Of a stretch of 18,393 nucleotides of DNA, positions 7,008 to 15,823 are shown one piece after another. Position 1 is the first letter of the stretch. Every line of letters starts with the position of its first letter. Below the pieces are notes generated by a model. That model searched no databases. It was not told the origin of the DNA and saw nothing but the letters and a program-made list of their open reading frames with translations. The DNA comes from an uncultured bacterium. GTDB lineage: Bacteria; JAJVIF01; JAPKYR01. The stretch covers positions 1 to 18,393 of the forward strand of contig CBDURU010000071.1 of the NCBI GenBank assembly GCA_965369865.1. Reading direction: 5' to 3'. The position numbers and the translations under genes are program-made.

Positions 7008-9092
7008 ATGATCACCAAGTGGAAACTGGGTAATTTTAAGTCTTTCAGGGACGAGACAGAAATCGAGATGGGGCCACTCACGATATTCGCCGGCCCAAAC
7101 AGCAGTGGTAAGAGCGCCATTCTCCAATCAATCCTTATGATAAAACAGACCCTGGAAAGCAGACTGCCATCAAGGGCATTAGTGCTGAACGGAAATTTAA
7201 TAAAGCTGGGGAAGTTTGGTGATATTATTAATTCTACCGGAATGGATATATGTATCAGTATTGGATGCGAATTCGATTTAAAGGCAAGCACTCGGAATAT
7301 AGCTAGATCTGGATTTGAAGTTAAATTTACAACAGATACAACTGCGACAAAGTATCATGAACAAAACAAACCGATCGTTCAATCATGCCGATTAGCAGCT
7401 GGTGAAGAATTTATTGAAGTTAGCAGGTCAGTTAAAGACCTTAATGAACTAGCTGAGCAACACAAAATATTTCTGATTCCTGAGGAATTAGCCTACCTGC
7501 AGTATCAGGTTATTAACAATATGATTCGGGTACCTTCCAAGTTAACTTATATTCCATATGCCACTATCTTGGAATCCCTAGATGCTGCCGGATGTAAAAT
7601 GGAAAAATTTTTCCCAGTGGAAATTCTGGAGCGGGAGTCACTATTGTCATTTATCGAAATATTCCTTGAAGGAAATATCTCAATAAATTTTCTGGCCCTT
7701 CCAGAAGTTAGATATAAGTTAGATTTTGAAGTCCCGGATCGTTTTTTTGAATTATATGAAGAATCTCTTACAGAAGACGAAAGAGATGTCTTGATGCCAG
7801 AGTCAATCAAGCCATACATTTTATCGCTAAGAAATGTCCTTATATTCTGGGGAGTAATTCTTGAGAATCTAGATAGAATCAATTCTCCGGAGCATAAAAA
7901 GCTTAATAAAGATTGGGATGATGGAATAGCTGACTTTCCTGTAACCAAGGCAGAAGGTAATCGTATGGATATAGAAGCAATTGGTGAAGATTTTAACGAG
8001 GACGTATTACCTGACGATTTAAAGTGGCTCCTGGATATTGATAATTATTTCAAACAGAATCCTGATAAATGTCCATGGAATTCTTTTGTGAGAATGGTGG
8101 AGATATTAAGTGCAACCTATGGCTTTCGTTCTAAATCAGATCCTTCAGCGGAACCTGCAGGTATGATAGCATTTAAAGAGTATAAAGAATATTTCAAAAA
8201 TGTCATTGGAGATTATTATGTTCCTAAGCGGTCAGAGCCATTATTAATAACAATAAACGAAATCACTGAGTACTTTACGAGTTATATACACTACCTGGGG
8301 CCCTTACGAGAACCGCCACAAGCATTATATCCACTCGACACACAACTTGAAGAGAAAAACGTTGGAATCAAGGGTGAATATACTGCAACTGTGCTTGAAT
8401 ATTACAAAGATGACACGATTGAATATATTCCATCTAATGTTTTTGCCAATGGAGATGAATTAGGGGGCGTTTTGCAAAGAATAGATGACGTCATAAAAAG
8501 CGTCACTCTTAAAGAAGCAATTATTGACTGGCTACAATATCTTGATGTCGCAAAGGATGTAGTCACAGAAGATAAAGCAAATCTTGGTATTGAATTACAA
8601 GTTGGCATCAATGATAATACAGATCTTCACAGCCTAATGCACGTAGGTGTCGGTGTGAGCCAGGTCCTACCGATTCTAGTCATGTGCCTTTTGGGCAGAA
8701 CAGATTCGATATTTATCCTGGAGCAGCCGGAATTGCACCTGCACCCGAAAGTTCAGACACGACTGGCAGATTTTTTCTTATCGATGTCACTACTTGATAA
8801 ACAATGCATTATCGAAACCCATAGCGAGTATATAATTAACAGGCTGAGATACCGAATTGCTGCATCGACAGATGAAGAAATCTGTGAGAGAGTAAAAATT
8901 ATATTCGTTGAAAAAAAGCATGGCGCGTCCACGTGCCGGGAAGTCGAAATCAACCGGTACGGAGCGATTCTTGACTGGCCTGAAGGCTTTTTCGATCAAT
9001 CAGCGGATGAAGCAGACATGATCCTTCGGGCTGCTATGCAGAAACGTGCTGCCGAAGGGAAAGGTGGTAAGAATGACTTCAGCGACAATTGA
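7008..9092 (+). CDS. ABC-type ATPase (AAA_15/AAA_21-like) with C-terminal DUF3696; putative defence ATPase
   Basis: NFKSF, Walker A GPNSSGKS, YLGPLR, signature VGVGVSQVLP, Walker B ILEQPELHLHP, IETHSEY, terminal G...DWPEGFFDQ; large central insertion; AGGAG RBS; AT-richer than flanks. Confidence 0.9.
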   Translation: MITKWKLGNFKSFRDETEIEMGPLTIFAGPNSSGKSAILQSILMIKQTLESRLPSRALVLNGNLIKLGKFGDIINSTGMDICISIGCEFDLKASTRNIARSGFEVKFTTDTTATKYHEQNKPIVQSCRLAAGEEFIEVSRSVKDLNELAEQHKIFLIPEELAYLQYQVINNMIRVPSKLTYIPYATILESLDAAGCKMEKFFPVEILERESLLSFIEIFLEGNISINFLALPEVRYKLDFEVPDRFFELYEESLTEDERDVLMPESIKPYILSLRNVLIFWGVILENLDRINSPEHKKLNKDWDDGIADFPVTKAEGNRMDIEAIGEDFNEDVLPDDLKWLLDIDNYFKQNPDKCPWNSFVRMVEILSATYGFRSKSDPSAEPAGMIAFKEYKEYFKNVIGDYYVPKRSEPLLITINEITEYFTSYIHYLGPLREPPQALYPLDTQLEEKNVGIKGEYTATVLEYYKDDTIEYIPSNVFANGDELGGVLQRIDDVIKSVTLKEAIIDWLQYLDVAKDVVTEDKANLGIELQVGINDNTDLHSLMHVGVGVSQVLPILVMCLLGRTDSIFILEQPELHLHPKVQTRLADFFLSMSLLDKQCIIETHSEYIINRLRYRIAASTDEEICERVKIIFVEKKHGASTCREVEINRYGAILDWPEGFFDQSADEADMILRAAMQKRAAEGKGGKNDFSDN

Positions 9093-10107
9093 CGCATCTT
9101 TGCTTGCTGTCCCGCTTGAATCATCTGGAGAAACAGGATTGACACAGTACATCGCTTCCATTAGCGAATGGCGCAACATTATGTGTGATGGCCTTTTAAA
9201 AGCTTACATCAGGAAGCAGACAGAAGAATTACTTAGCCAAATCGACAGATTTCCAGACTTTGAAACATTGAAAAAGAACATCAAGAATCAACATGATTCT
9301 CCTTATACGGTTAGGGACATACATCAGGTGGTTACCGACCTTAGATCTCGATCTTTATGCTTTGAGGATGAGTTTGGGATTAGGGATTTGTTGACAGATA
9401 AAGAAGAAATTTCGCCTGATGTTACTGAGAACCTTGATGATGACCTAAAGGAACAACTACTCAAAAATTTGGTTTTATTAATGGTGATTAACAGAATTGG
9501 CCATGGGAGTGATCAGCCATTAATTGTAGGCTTCCAAGCACCAGACTCAGGTACGGTGCATGTAAAAGCACGAAAGCATGACGTTGAATATGTCGATGGC
9601 TTTCTGCCGGAAAAAATTCCCCATAAGCTTAATGGTGATGTAAGGCTTTACTCAAAGAGTTTTGCCCTGATCAGGGATGTTAAGGCTCAAGATTATTTTT
9701 TACAAAATCAAAATGAGGAAGGAATGATTCGAGCTTTACGAATAAAAATATCCCAGGCCTATTTACAAAGGGGAGAGAATCCCGACTTGAACCAACCGAG
9801 TTATAATCCTCTTGGAAAAGGGTTTATAGAAAGTGTAAACCTTTATATGAAAGCTGGTAAAGACTTAGAGAAATTATTAAAAACCATGGTTGAAACCTTT
9901 GAAAGGATTGCGGTCGGTAAATCCCACTGGTTAAGAACCGGTAAAAGCGGTGGTAGTCCTCAGAGAGTCAGGGACAAGGATGGAGCAGGCGCATGGCGAA
10001 GAAAGGTTGACCAGGTATCACGGCTTCATTATTGGCAATGCCCGGCAGGGCGTATTGAATTTGCAAATGTAACAACCGAGCATAATGACGACACGATTAT
10101 TTTTTAA
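9073..10107 (+). CDS. Hypothetical protein with putative RelE/ParE-like C-terminal nuclease domain; ATPase partner
   Basis: ATG at 9073 behind AAGGTGG overlaps the ATPase 3' end by 20 nt; C-terminus HWLR...AWRRKV...RLHYW...IEFANV..H resembles a RelE-type fold. The CDS is solid; the function is inferred. Confidence 0.7.
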   Translation: MTSATIDASLLAVPLESSGETGLTQYIASISEWRNIMCDGLLKAYIRKQTEELLSQIDRFPDFETLKKNIKNQHDSPYTVRDIHQVVTDLRSRSLCFEDEFGIRDLLTDKEEISPDVTENLDDDLKEQLLKNLVLLMVINRIGHGSDQPLIVGFQAPDSGTVHVKARKHDVEYVDGFLPEKIPHKLNGDVRLYSKSFALIRDVKAQDYFLQNQNEEGMIRALRIKISQAYLQRGENPDLNQPSYNPLGKGFIESVNLYMKAGKDLEKLLKTMVETFERIAVGKSHWLRTGKSGGSPQRVRDKDGAGAWRRKVDQVSRLHYWQCPAGRIEFANVTTEHNDDTIIF

Positions 10108-10136
10108 GACGCAATTATGATGTGATAATTTCTCAC

Positions 10137-10165
10137 TTGCAAACATCCATCTATCGTTCTAAAGT
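10137..10165 (+). promoter_or_regulatory. Putative sigma70 promoter of the carboxyltransferase gene
   Basis: TTGCAA-17 nt-TAAAGT, 47 nt upstream of ATG 10213 (GGGAG RBS). Confidence 0.5.
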
Positions 10166-10212
10166 GTCCACCACGGTTGAGGGGATGATCCAGAATTGTC
10201 CGGGAGAATTAC

Positions 10213-12009
10213 ATGGATTTTGATGGAATACATAATGAATATCTGACCATCAGGAAAAAAGCCCTTTCCGAAGTCAGGGATAGTCTCAGGGGGAAATCTG
10301 TCAGGTTCAATGACCTTACACTTCGCGACGGGCACCAGTCATTATTCGCGACCCGCATGACCGGAGAGCAGATCGCGAGAGTGGTCGAGGATATCGCGCG
10401 GTCGGGCTTTTATAACATGGAAGTCTGGGGAGGGGCGACACTCGATGTCTGCATGCGGTATCTCGATGAAAATCCGTTTGAACGCCTTGGAATGATCACA
10501 AAGGCATGCAAGGGCCGTTCATTAACGAGGGCACTCTGCAGGGGCGCGAATTTATTCGGATACCAGCCCTATCCGGCCGACATCATCAGGGATTTCTCTG
10601 TGGCGGCACTCGGTCGCGGCCTCGACATCATGCGGATCTTTGACGCCCTTAACGATCCGGAAAATTTGAAGATCGCCATAAAGTCGGTAAAGGACGCGGG
10701 CGGTAAAGTCGATGTCGCGGTCAGTTATACAACCGGACCGATTTTCACGGTCGATTACTGGACCGATAAATGCAAGACCTATGAAAATCTCGGCGCGGAT
10801 ATTGTTACGGTCAAGGATATGGCCGGACTCGCGACACCGGAGGTCGCCTGGGAGCTGATCCCGTCGCTCAAAAAGACGCTTACTGTGCCTATTCACTGGC
10901 ATTCGCACTGCACTCCCGGCTACGGGCATATTACCGCTGTTATAGCCATGATACTGGGGATCGATTGTATCGACACGTGCTTCATGCCGTTCGCCGGAGG
11001 GTCATCGCATCCATCGGTGGAGCTTCTTCATTTCTTCGCCCGGCGCCTGGGACTCGATGACGGTCTCGACGGGTCGAATTTTGTAAAAATCGATACGGAA
11101 CTCAGGGATATCAGAAAAGCATTGAACGAGTATGATAAATTCCAGGATTACATACCTGAGCCGTTTAAAGTGACAGGGCAACTGGAAATATTAGCCGATG
11201 ACGTGATTGTCGCGATCACACTTGGCGATTTAAAAATTGCCACGACCCTCATGCAAAAGATTGAGGCTGACCTCGGATTCCCGCCGCCCGACGATGCTGT
11301 TCGGGACGCGCAGGTGCCGGGCGGTATGCTTACCAACATGCTTTCCCAGCTTGAGACATTCGGGATGATCGACCGGTTATCGGATGTCCTGGAAGAAATT
11401 CCCGTGGTCAGGGAAGCATGCGGGTATGTTCCTCTTGTGACGCCGACAAGTCAGATCGTCGGGGTCCAGGCGGTTAATAATGTAAAATTCGGACGCTGGC
11501 AGAATAATATTGTCGACTACGTTCGTCTTGTGAAAGGTGAGTTCGGGAAAACACCGGTCGATATCGATCCCGATTTCAGGGAACAGATCACCGGGCAGAG
11601 GGAAGAAACCCGCTACGATCCATCCGGTTTTGATTACACGCTTCCCGAATCGAGGGAATTCGAATCGGAAGGGCTTTATCCGGACAGGGAGAGCGAATTG
11701 TGTTATTACCTGTTCCCGAAAGTAGCGGGCGGGCAGAACGGATTTCTCGCGCGCAGGGCCGCGGAAAGGCGTCAGAAGGCCACCGAGACCGAGCACAAAA
11801 AATATATCCTCCAATTGAGAGAGCAGGCGCAGTCCAAGTTAACGAGCAGGAATCCAAGGGTGTCGAACCTGACCCCGGATGAGGCAACCAGCCTTCACGA
11901 TCTCATTATGTCGGAGGTCCAGGGCGGGGAGTTCTACGATGAGGAATTGCCGTTGAGTGAACCGGGCACACTGAAAGAGAAAGTCGACGAAATTTTCAAA
12001 AAAGGCTGA
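10213..12009 (+). CDS. Pyruvate/oxaloacetate carboxyltransferase (OadA/PycB/transcarboxylase 5S-like) without biotinyl domain
   Basis: TLRDGHQSLFATRM, EVWGGATLD, RIFDALND, KDMAG, HSHCT metal site, QVPGGM, PLVTPTSQIVG; no AMKM biotinylation motif. Confidence 0.9.
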   Translation: MDFDGIHNEYLTIRKKALSEVRDSLRGKSVRFNDLTLRDGHQSLFATRMTGEQIARVVEDIARSGFYNMEVWGGATLDVCMRYLDENPFERLGMITKACKGRSLTRALCRGANLFGYQPYPADIIRDFSVAALGRGLDIMRIFDALNDPENLKIAIKSVKDAGGKVDVAVSYTTGPIFTVDYWTDKCKTYENLGADIVTVKDMAGLATPEVAWELIPSLKKTLTVPIHWHSHCTPGYGHITAVIAMILGIDCIDTCFMPFAGGSSHPSVELLHFFARRLGLDDGLDGSNFVKIDTELRDIRKALNEYDKFQDYIPEPFKVTGQLEILADDVIVAITLGDLKIATTLMQKIEADLGFPPPDDAVRDAQVPGGMLTNMLSQLETFGMIDRLSDVLEEIPVVREACGYVPLVTPTSQIVGVQAVNNVKFGRWQNNIVDYVRLVKGEFGKTPVDIDPDFREQITGQREETRYDPSGFDYTLPESREFESEGLYPDRESELCYYLFPKVAGGQNGFLARRAAERRQKATETEHKKYILQLREQAQSKLTSRNPRVSNLTPDEATSLHDLIMSEVQGGEFYDEELPLSEPGTLKEKVDEIFKKG

Positions 12010-12241
12010 ATGGTCCTCATGTAATATGAGGATACCAAAATAATTCATCATTGTGAATCAATGCAGATTATTGAAACAACTACTAAGTTTCATTGATAAT
12101 ATTATGGAGCACACAAACTCTTAATGAAAAAAAAGCCCGGCCTAAAACCTTGCTAATGGTCCATCAAGATGGTAAATAGTATTGCTTTAAAGAGAATTAC
12201 TTTTGCAGCTCTGGGTCTAGTAAGGTCAGAGAGGACCAATT

Positions 12242-12916
12242 ATGTCAAATGAATTAAAAATTGTTGAGTTAGCAATTGTAGTCGTTGCTCAGAACCATAA
12301 TCCGACAATCCTAAATTCTGATTATCTTAAGTATAATGGAATTGTACCTGATAATTGGGAAATCGGTGAGGGTGTTTTCACTTCGGACCTTATGTCAAAA
12401 GTCGCATTTAAAAATGGAATTACACTCATATCACAGCTAGATAAACTTGTCCTGTTAGAATCGTTATCTGATAAAAATTTTGATGAAATTATAGGTCCAA
12501 CTATTATTTTAAAGTATGTAGAAAGCTTACCTAAGGTAGATTATAGAGGTGTAGGGATAAATTTCCGCGGACATGTACCAATGGGCGATGAAATGGAAGC
12601 TAGTAAATATGTAACCGACCATTTCATTAATGATGGACCATGGAAAGCAGTTAATGGTACTGAGACTCAATCTTCTGTGCAATTTGAATATGTTCTAGAA
12701 AATTATTCATTCAGTTTATCTCTTGTAGGAACCTCTCATATAAAAGAGGACCAAGAAATCCCTTGTGTCCTTCTTACAGCCAATTTCCATTTTGAAATCA
12801 CGGGCAATATAGATGAGAAAGTAGGAAGGACCAAAGAAGCATTATTAAAATGGGGGAAATGTATAGATCAATATCAATCTTTAGTTTCAACAATCTTCAA
12901 TGGTGGAGTAAAATAA
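12242..12916 (+). CDS. Hypothetical protein (IVVVAQNHNPTILN motif; possibly TIGR04255-like)
   Basis: 224-aa ORF with AGAGGA RBS; beta-rich pattern with GVGINF and LTANFH; stop overlaps next start (TAATG). Family call is from memory and unverified. Confidence 0.75.
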   Translation: MSNELKIVELAIVVVAQNHNPTILNSDYLKYNGIVPDNWEIGEGVFTSDLMSKVAFKNGITLISQLDKLVLLESLSDKNFDEIIGPTIILKYVESLPKVDYRGVGINFRGHVPMGDEMEASKYVTDHFINDGPWKAVNGTETQSSVQFEYVLENYSFSLSLVGTSHIKEDQEIPCVLLTANFHFEITGNIDEKVGRTKEALLKWGKCIDQYQSLVSTIFNGGVK

Positions 12917-13359
12917 TGTCTCTGGAAACAATGCCAACTACTAGTGAATTACAACGTGTCGCCCAGGCCGTGTACAACACTGAACTTAAATCAATGTGTT
13001 CAGCGGTTAATCGTGAACGCAACATCCTTTATCCAGATATCCACTCAACACAAACATCCGGCTCCGTAATTATTGAAATGGCCTCGGAGAATATATATAA
13101 ACAAGGGCATAGCATGACTTGCACCCTCATTGACAAGGTATTTATGGAGCATGTTAATGCGATTTCAGAAAAACCTGCTCGAACTAGCTTATGGTCTGAA
13201 GATCCATTTATTGTAGTAGGGAAAAGGCTGGCTAAGAAACAAAACTTAGTAAAACACCTTGGCTGGACCCCTGAGCAGACAATGGAAGTTCGTATGAGTC
13301 TATCCACATTTGAAGATGATTGGAATGCCCCAGGAATGGACGCTTATGACGATCTCTAG
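12916..13359 (+). CDS. Putative antitoxin with long N-terminal extension
   Basis: TAATG coupling and GGAG RBS give a start at 12916 (147 aa); acidic C-terminus FEDDWNAPGMDAYDDL resembles tails of small antitoxins found before PemK toxins; overlaps the toxin start by 14 nt. Confidence 0.65.
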   Translation: MSLETMPTTSELQRVAQAVYNTELKSMCSAVNRERNILYPDIHSTQTSGSVIIEMASENIYKQGHSMTCTLIDKVFMEHVNAISEKPARTSLWSEDPFIVVGKRLAKKQNLVKHLGWTPEQTMEVRMSLSTFEDDWNAPGMDAYDDL

Positions 13360-13699
13360 TTATAAACGTGGAGAAATTGTACTGGTCAGATTTCCCCAAT
13401 CGGACCATATACATTTTAATCGTAGACCTGCATTAGTTGTGCAAGATGAAAATGTACAAACAGGCATGGATGATAGGATCATTGTTCAGATCACATCAAA
13501 TACTGATCGGACTGGACCAAGCAGGATCAGAGTGGATAAAAATACCACAGAAGGCACTGCTATGAGTTTGCTATCAGATTCGATTATTCGGGCTGATAAA
13601 ATTGCTACTGTAAGGCATCATGCAATAGACAGAACAATTGGAAACTGTCCAATCATGGACAAAGTCGATACCGCTTTGAAGATTATTCTTGGCTTATAG
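13346..13699 (+). CDS. mazF: PemK/MazF family toxin (endoribonuclease)
   Basis: YKRGEIVLVRFP, RRPALVVQ, IVQITS, SIIRADKIATV, IG, VDTALKIILGL; 117 aa from the ATG at 13346 (AGGA upstream). Confidence 0.9.
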   Translation: MTISSYKRGEIVLVRFPQSDHIHFNRRPALVVQDENVQTGMDDRIIVQITSNTDRTGPSRIRVDKNTTEGTAMSLLSDSIIRADKIATVRHHAIDRTIGNCPIMDKVDTALKIILGL

Positions 13700-13747
13700 T
13701 GATACTAGGTTCAACTAACTTGCTATCCTGACAAGTTTACATCGCCA

Positions 13748-13776
13748 TTGACCCCTGACCGAACCCTCCCTATAAT
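13748..13776 (+). promoter_or_regulatory. Near-consensus sigma70 promoter for epimerase-carboxyltransferase genes
   Basis: TTGACC-17 nt-TATAAT ending 10 nt before the ATG at 13787. Confidence 0.8.
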
Positions 13777-13786
13777 TTAGCCCATC

Positions 13787-14194
13787 ATGCCGAAATTAAA
13801 TCATATCGCGATTTTAGTATCTGACCTCGACAAGGCTGTCCAGACATTCAATAAGATCTGGGGAATCGAACCGGAGCATGTAGTCTCTCTTGAGGAGCAC
13901 GGAATCCGGACCGCGGCCTACCATTTCGACAACATCATGGTCGAGGTGATGGAGCCCATTAACAAGGAATCCGGAATGGCCAGGACCCTTGAGAAGCGTG
14001 GGGCGGGAATTCATCACATTGCTGTCGAGACAGATGCTATCGCGGAAAAAATGGACGAATTAAAAAAGGCGGGGATAAGGCTTACAATGGAGGAACCCGC
14101 TGTCGGGTACGGCGGTAACCTGATCTGTTTCCTGCATCCGAAGAGCACAGAAGGCATCCTGACAGAGCTGGTAGAGCTTACAAAGGAGCAGTGA
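13787..14194 (+). CDS. mce: Methylmalonyl-CoA epimerase (VOC fold)
   Basis: LNHIAILV, VEVMEP, RGAGIHHIA, ICFLHPKSTEGILTELVE; directly upstream of an acyl-CoA carboxyltransferase. Confidence 0.9.
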   Translation: MPKLNHIAILVSDLDKAVQTFNKIWGIEPEHVVSLEEHGIRTAAYHFDNIMVEVMEPINKESGMARTLEKRGAGIHHIAVETDAIAEKMDELKKAGIRLTMEEPAVGYGGNLICFLHPKSTEGILTELVELTKEQ

Positions 14195-14198
14195 TTTA

Positions 14199-15746
14199 AT
14201 GTCACGCACCCAGAAAGAACGTCGCGAGGATTTTCACGCCCGGTATGCCGACGCAATGAAAGGGGGCGGGGAGAAAGCCGTTCAGCGTCAGAGAGATCAG
14301 GGTAAAATGCTGGCCCGCGAACGTCTTGAGGTCCTTCTCGATCCAAATTCTTTCTTTGAATACGACACATTTGTTGAAACCCCGAAGGTCAAGGGGGTCA
14401 AGAAAAATATTGGCGACGGTGTCGTGACGGGGAACGGGGCGATCCACGGACGGCAGGTTTTTGTGTACGCACAGGATTTTACAGTCATGGGTGGAAGTTT
14501 CGGTGAACGCCACGCGAAGAAAATTCGCAAGATTCTCGAACACGCGATCCGCGCCGGGGCGCCGGTTATCGGCTTATATGATTCCGGCGGGGCGAGAATC
14601 CAGGAAGGGGTTTTCTCTCTTGCGAGCGTAGCGGGCATTTTCTACCGGAACGTGATGGCATCCGGAGTCGTTCCTCAGATAGCAGCGATCATGGGTCCAT
14701 GCGCGGGAGCCGCGGCATATTCCCCGGCCCTGATGGACTTCATTTTCATGGTCAAGGATACATCCCATATGTTCCTGACCGGCCCGAATGTAATCAAGGA
14801 AGTGTTAAGCGAGGATGTCACGTTCGAGGAACTCGGCGGATGCGCCATGCACAACACCACATCGGGAGTGGCGCATTTCTCGACGGATAATGAAGATGAA
14901 TGCCTGATGATGATCCGGACGCTGTTGAACTTTCTTCCCCAGAACAACCAGGAGGACCCTCCAATCATCCCGACCGATGACGATCCGTTTCGGAGGGAAC
15001 CGCTGCTTGATACGATCATTCCCGACGATCCCGCGAAACCGTACGACATGAAGGATATTCTCACAGCCGTGCTTGATGAGGGTGAATTCCTGGAAATCCA
15101 GGCGCATTTCGCTAAAAACCTGATAATTGGTTTCGGGTCGCTTGGCGGACTTCCAGTGGGGATTGTCGCGAATCAACCGAAAGTTCTCGCGGGATGCCTC
15201 GATATCAACTCGTCCGACAAGGCGGCCCGATTTGTGAGGTTCTGTAACGCGTTCAATATTCCACTGGTCACATTTGTCGATGTCCCCGGGTTCCTTCCCG
15301 GCAAGAGCCAGGAATTAGGCGGGATCATCCGCCACGGCGCGAAACTCCTGTGGGCTTATTCGGAAGCCACGGTTCCGAAACTGACCGTAATCACACGCAA
15401 GGCATACGGCGGGGCGTACTGTGTAATGTCGAGCAGCGAACTTGGGAGCGATTTCAATGTCGCGTGGCCGTCGGCGGAAATCGCGGTGATGGGAGCGAAG
15501 GGAGCAGCGAATATTCTTTTCCGGAAGGAACTTGATAAAGCGAAGGATGTCGAGAAAGTCATGGCGGAAGTAGTGGCCCGGTTCGAAGAGGAATTTTCCA
15601 ATCCCTATGCCGCCGCGGCACGAGGTTTGATAGAAGCGATAATCGAACCCAACCAGACACGCGAAAAACTGATCGGGGCGATGGCGGCGCTCCAGAACAA
15701 ACGCCAGAACCTTCCGATGAAAAAGATTGGCAATATGCCATTGTGA
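14199..15746 (+). CDS. pccB: Acyl-CoA carboxyltransferase beta subunit (PccB / MmdA / transcarboxylase 12S-like)
   Basis: GKMLARERL, GDGVVTG, QDFTVMGGS, DSGGARIQEG, MFLTGP, VDVPGFLPG, GIIRHGAKL, RKAYGGAY, C-terminal GNMPL. Sequence alone cannot separate PccB, MmdA and 12S. Confidence 0.9.
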   Translation: MSRTQKERREDFHARYADAMKGGGEKAVQRQRDQGKMLARERLEVLLDPNSFFEYDTFVETPKVKGVKKNIGDGVVTGNGAIHGRQVFVYAQDFTVMGGSFGERHAKKIRKILEHAIRAGAPVIGLYDSGGARIQEGVFSLASVAGIFYRNVMASGVVPQIAAIMGPCAGAAAYSPALMDFIFMVKDTSHMFLTGPNVIKEVLSEDVTFEELGGCAMHNTTSGVAHFSTDNEDECLMMIRTLLNFLPQNNQEDPPIIPTDDDPFRREPLLDTIIPDDPAKPYDMKDILTAVLDEGEFLEIQAHFAKNLIIGFGSLGGLPVGIVANQPKVLAGCLDINSSDKAARFVRFCNAFNIPLVTFVDVPGFLPGKSQELGGIIRHGAKLLWAYSEATVPKLTVITRKAYGGAYCVMSSSELGSDFNVAWPSAEIAVMGAKGAANILFRKELDKAKDVEKVMAEVVARFEEEFSNPYAAAARGLIEAIIEPNQTREKLIGAMAALQNKRQNLPMKKIGNMPL

Positions 15747-15823
15747 TAGATTCCAGAAATGCGTGAATTTATTCCTTTCATCCTTGCAATTAACAACTTT
15801 TTCCGGTTCTCTTAACACTGACA

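Noticed and set aside
10121..10138. TGTGA-N7-TCAC as a CRP/Rex site, and a 12-bp inverted match to 18228-18239
   Set aside because: Spacer is one base too long for CRP or Rex, and 12-bp matches are expected by chance in 18 kb.
12110..12175. CAAAC...AAAGCCCGGCCTAAA...ATGGT resembling a c-di-GMP-I riboswitch upstream of the TA module
   Set aside because: No P2 stem with GAAA tetraloop and no GACGC motif; cmscan against the c-di-GMP-I model would settle it.
6960..13747. Target-site duplications or IS ends around the two AT-rich cassettes
   Set aside because: I found no flanking direct or inverted repeats and no transposase or integrase, so they are not called mobile elements.
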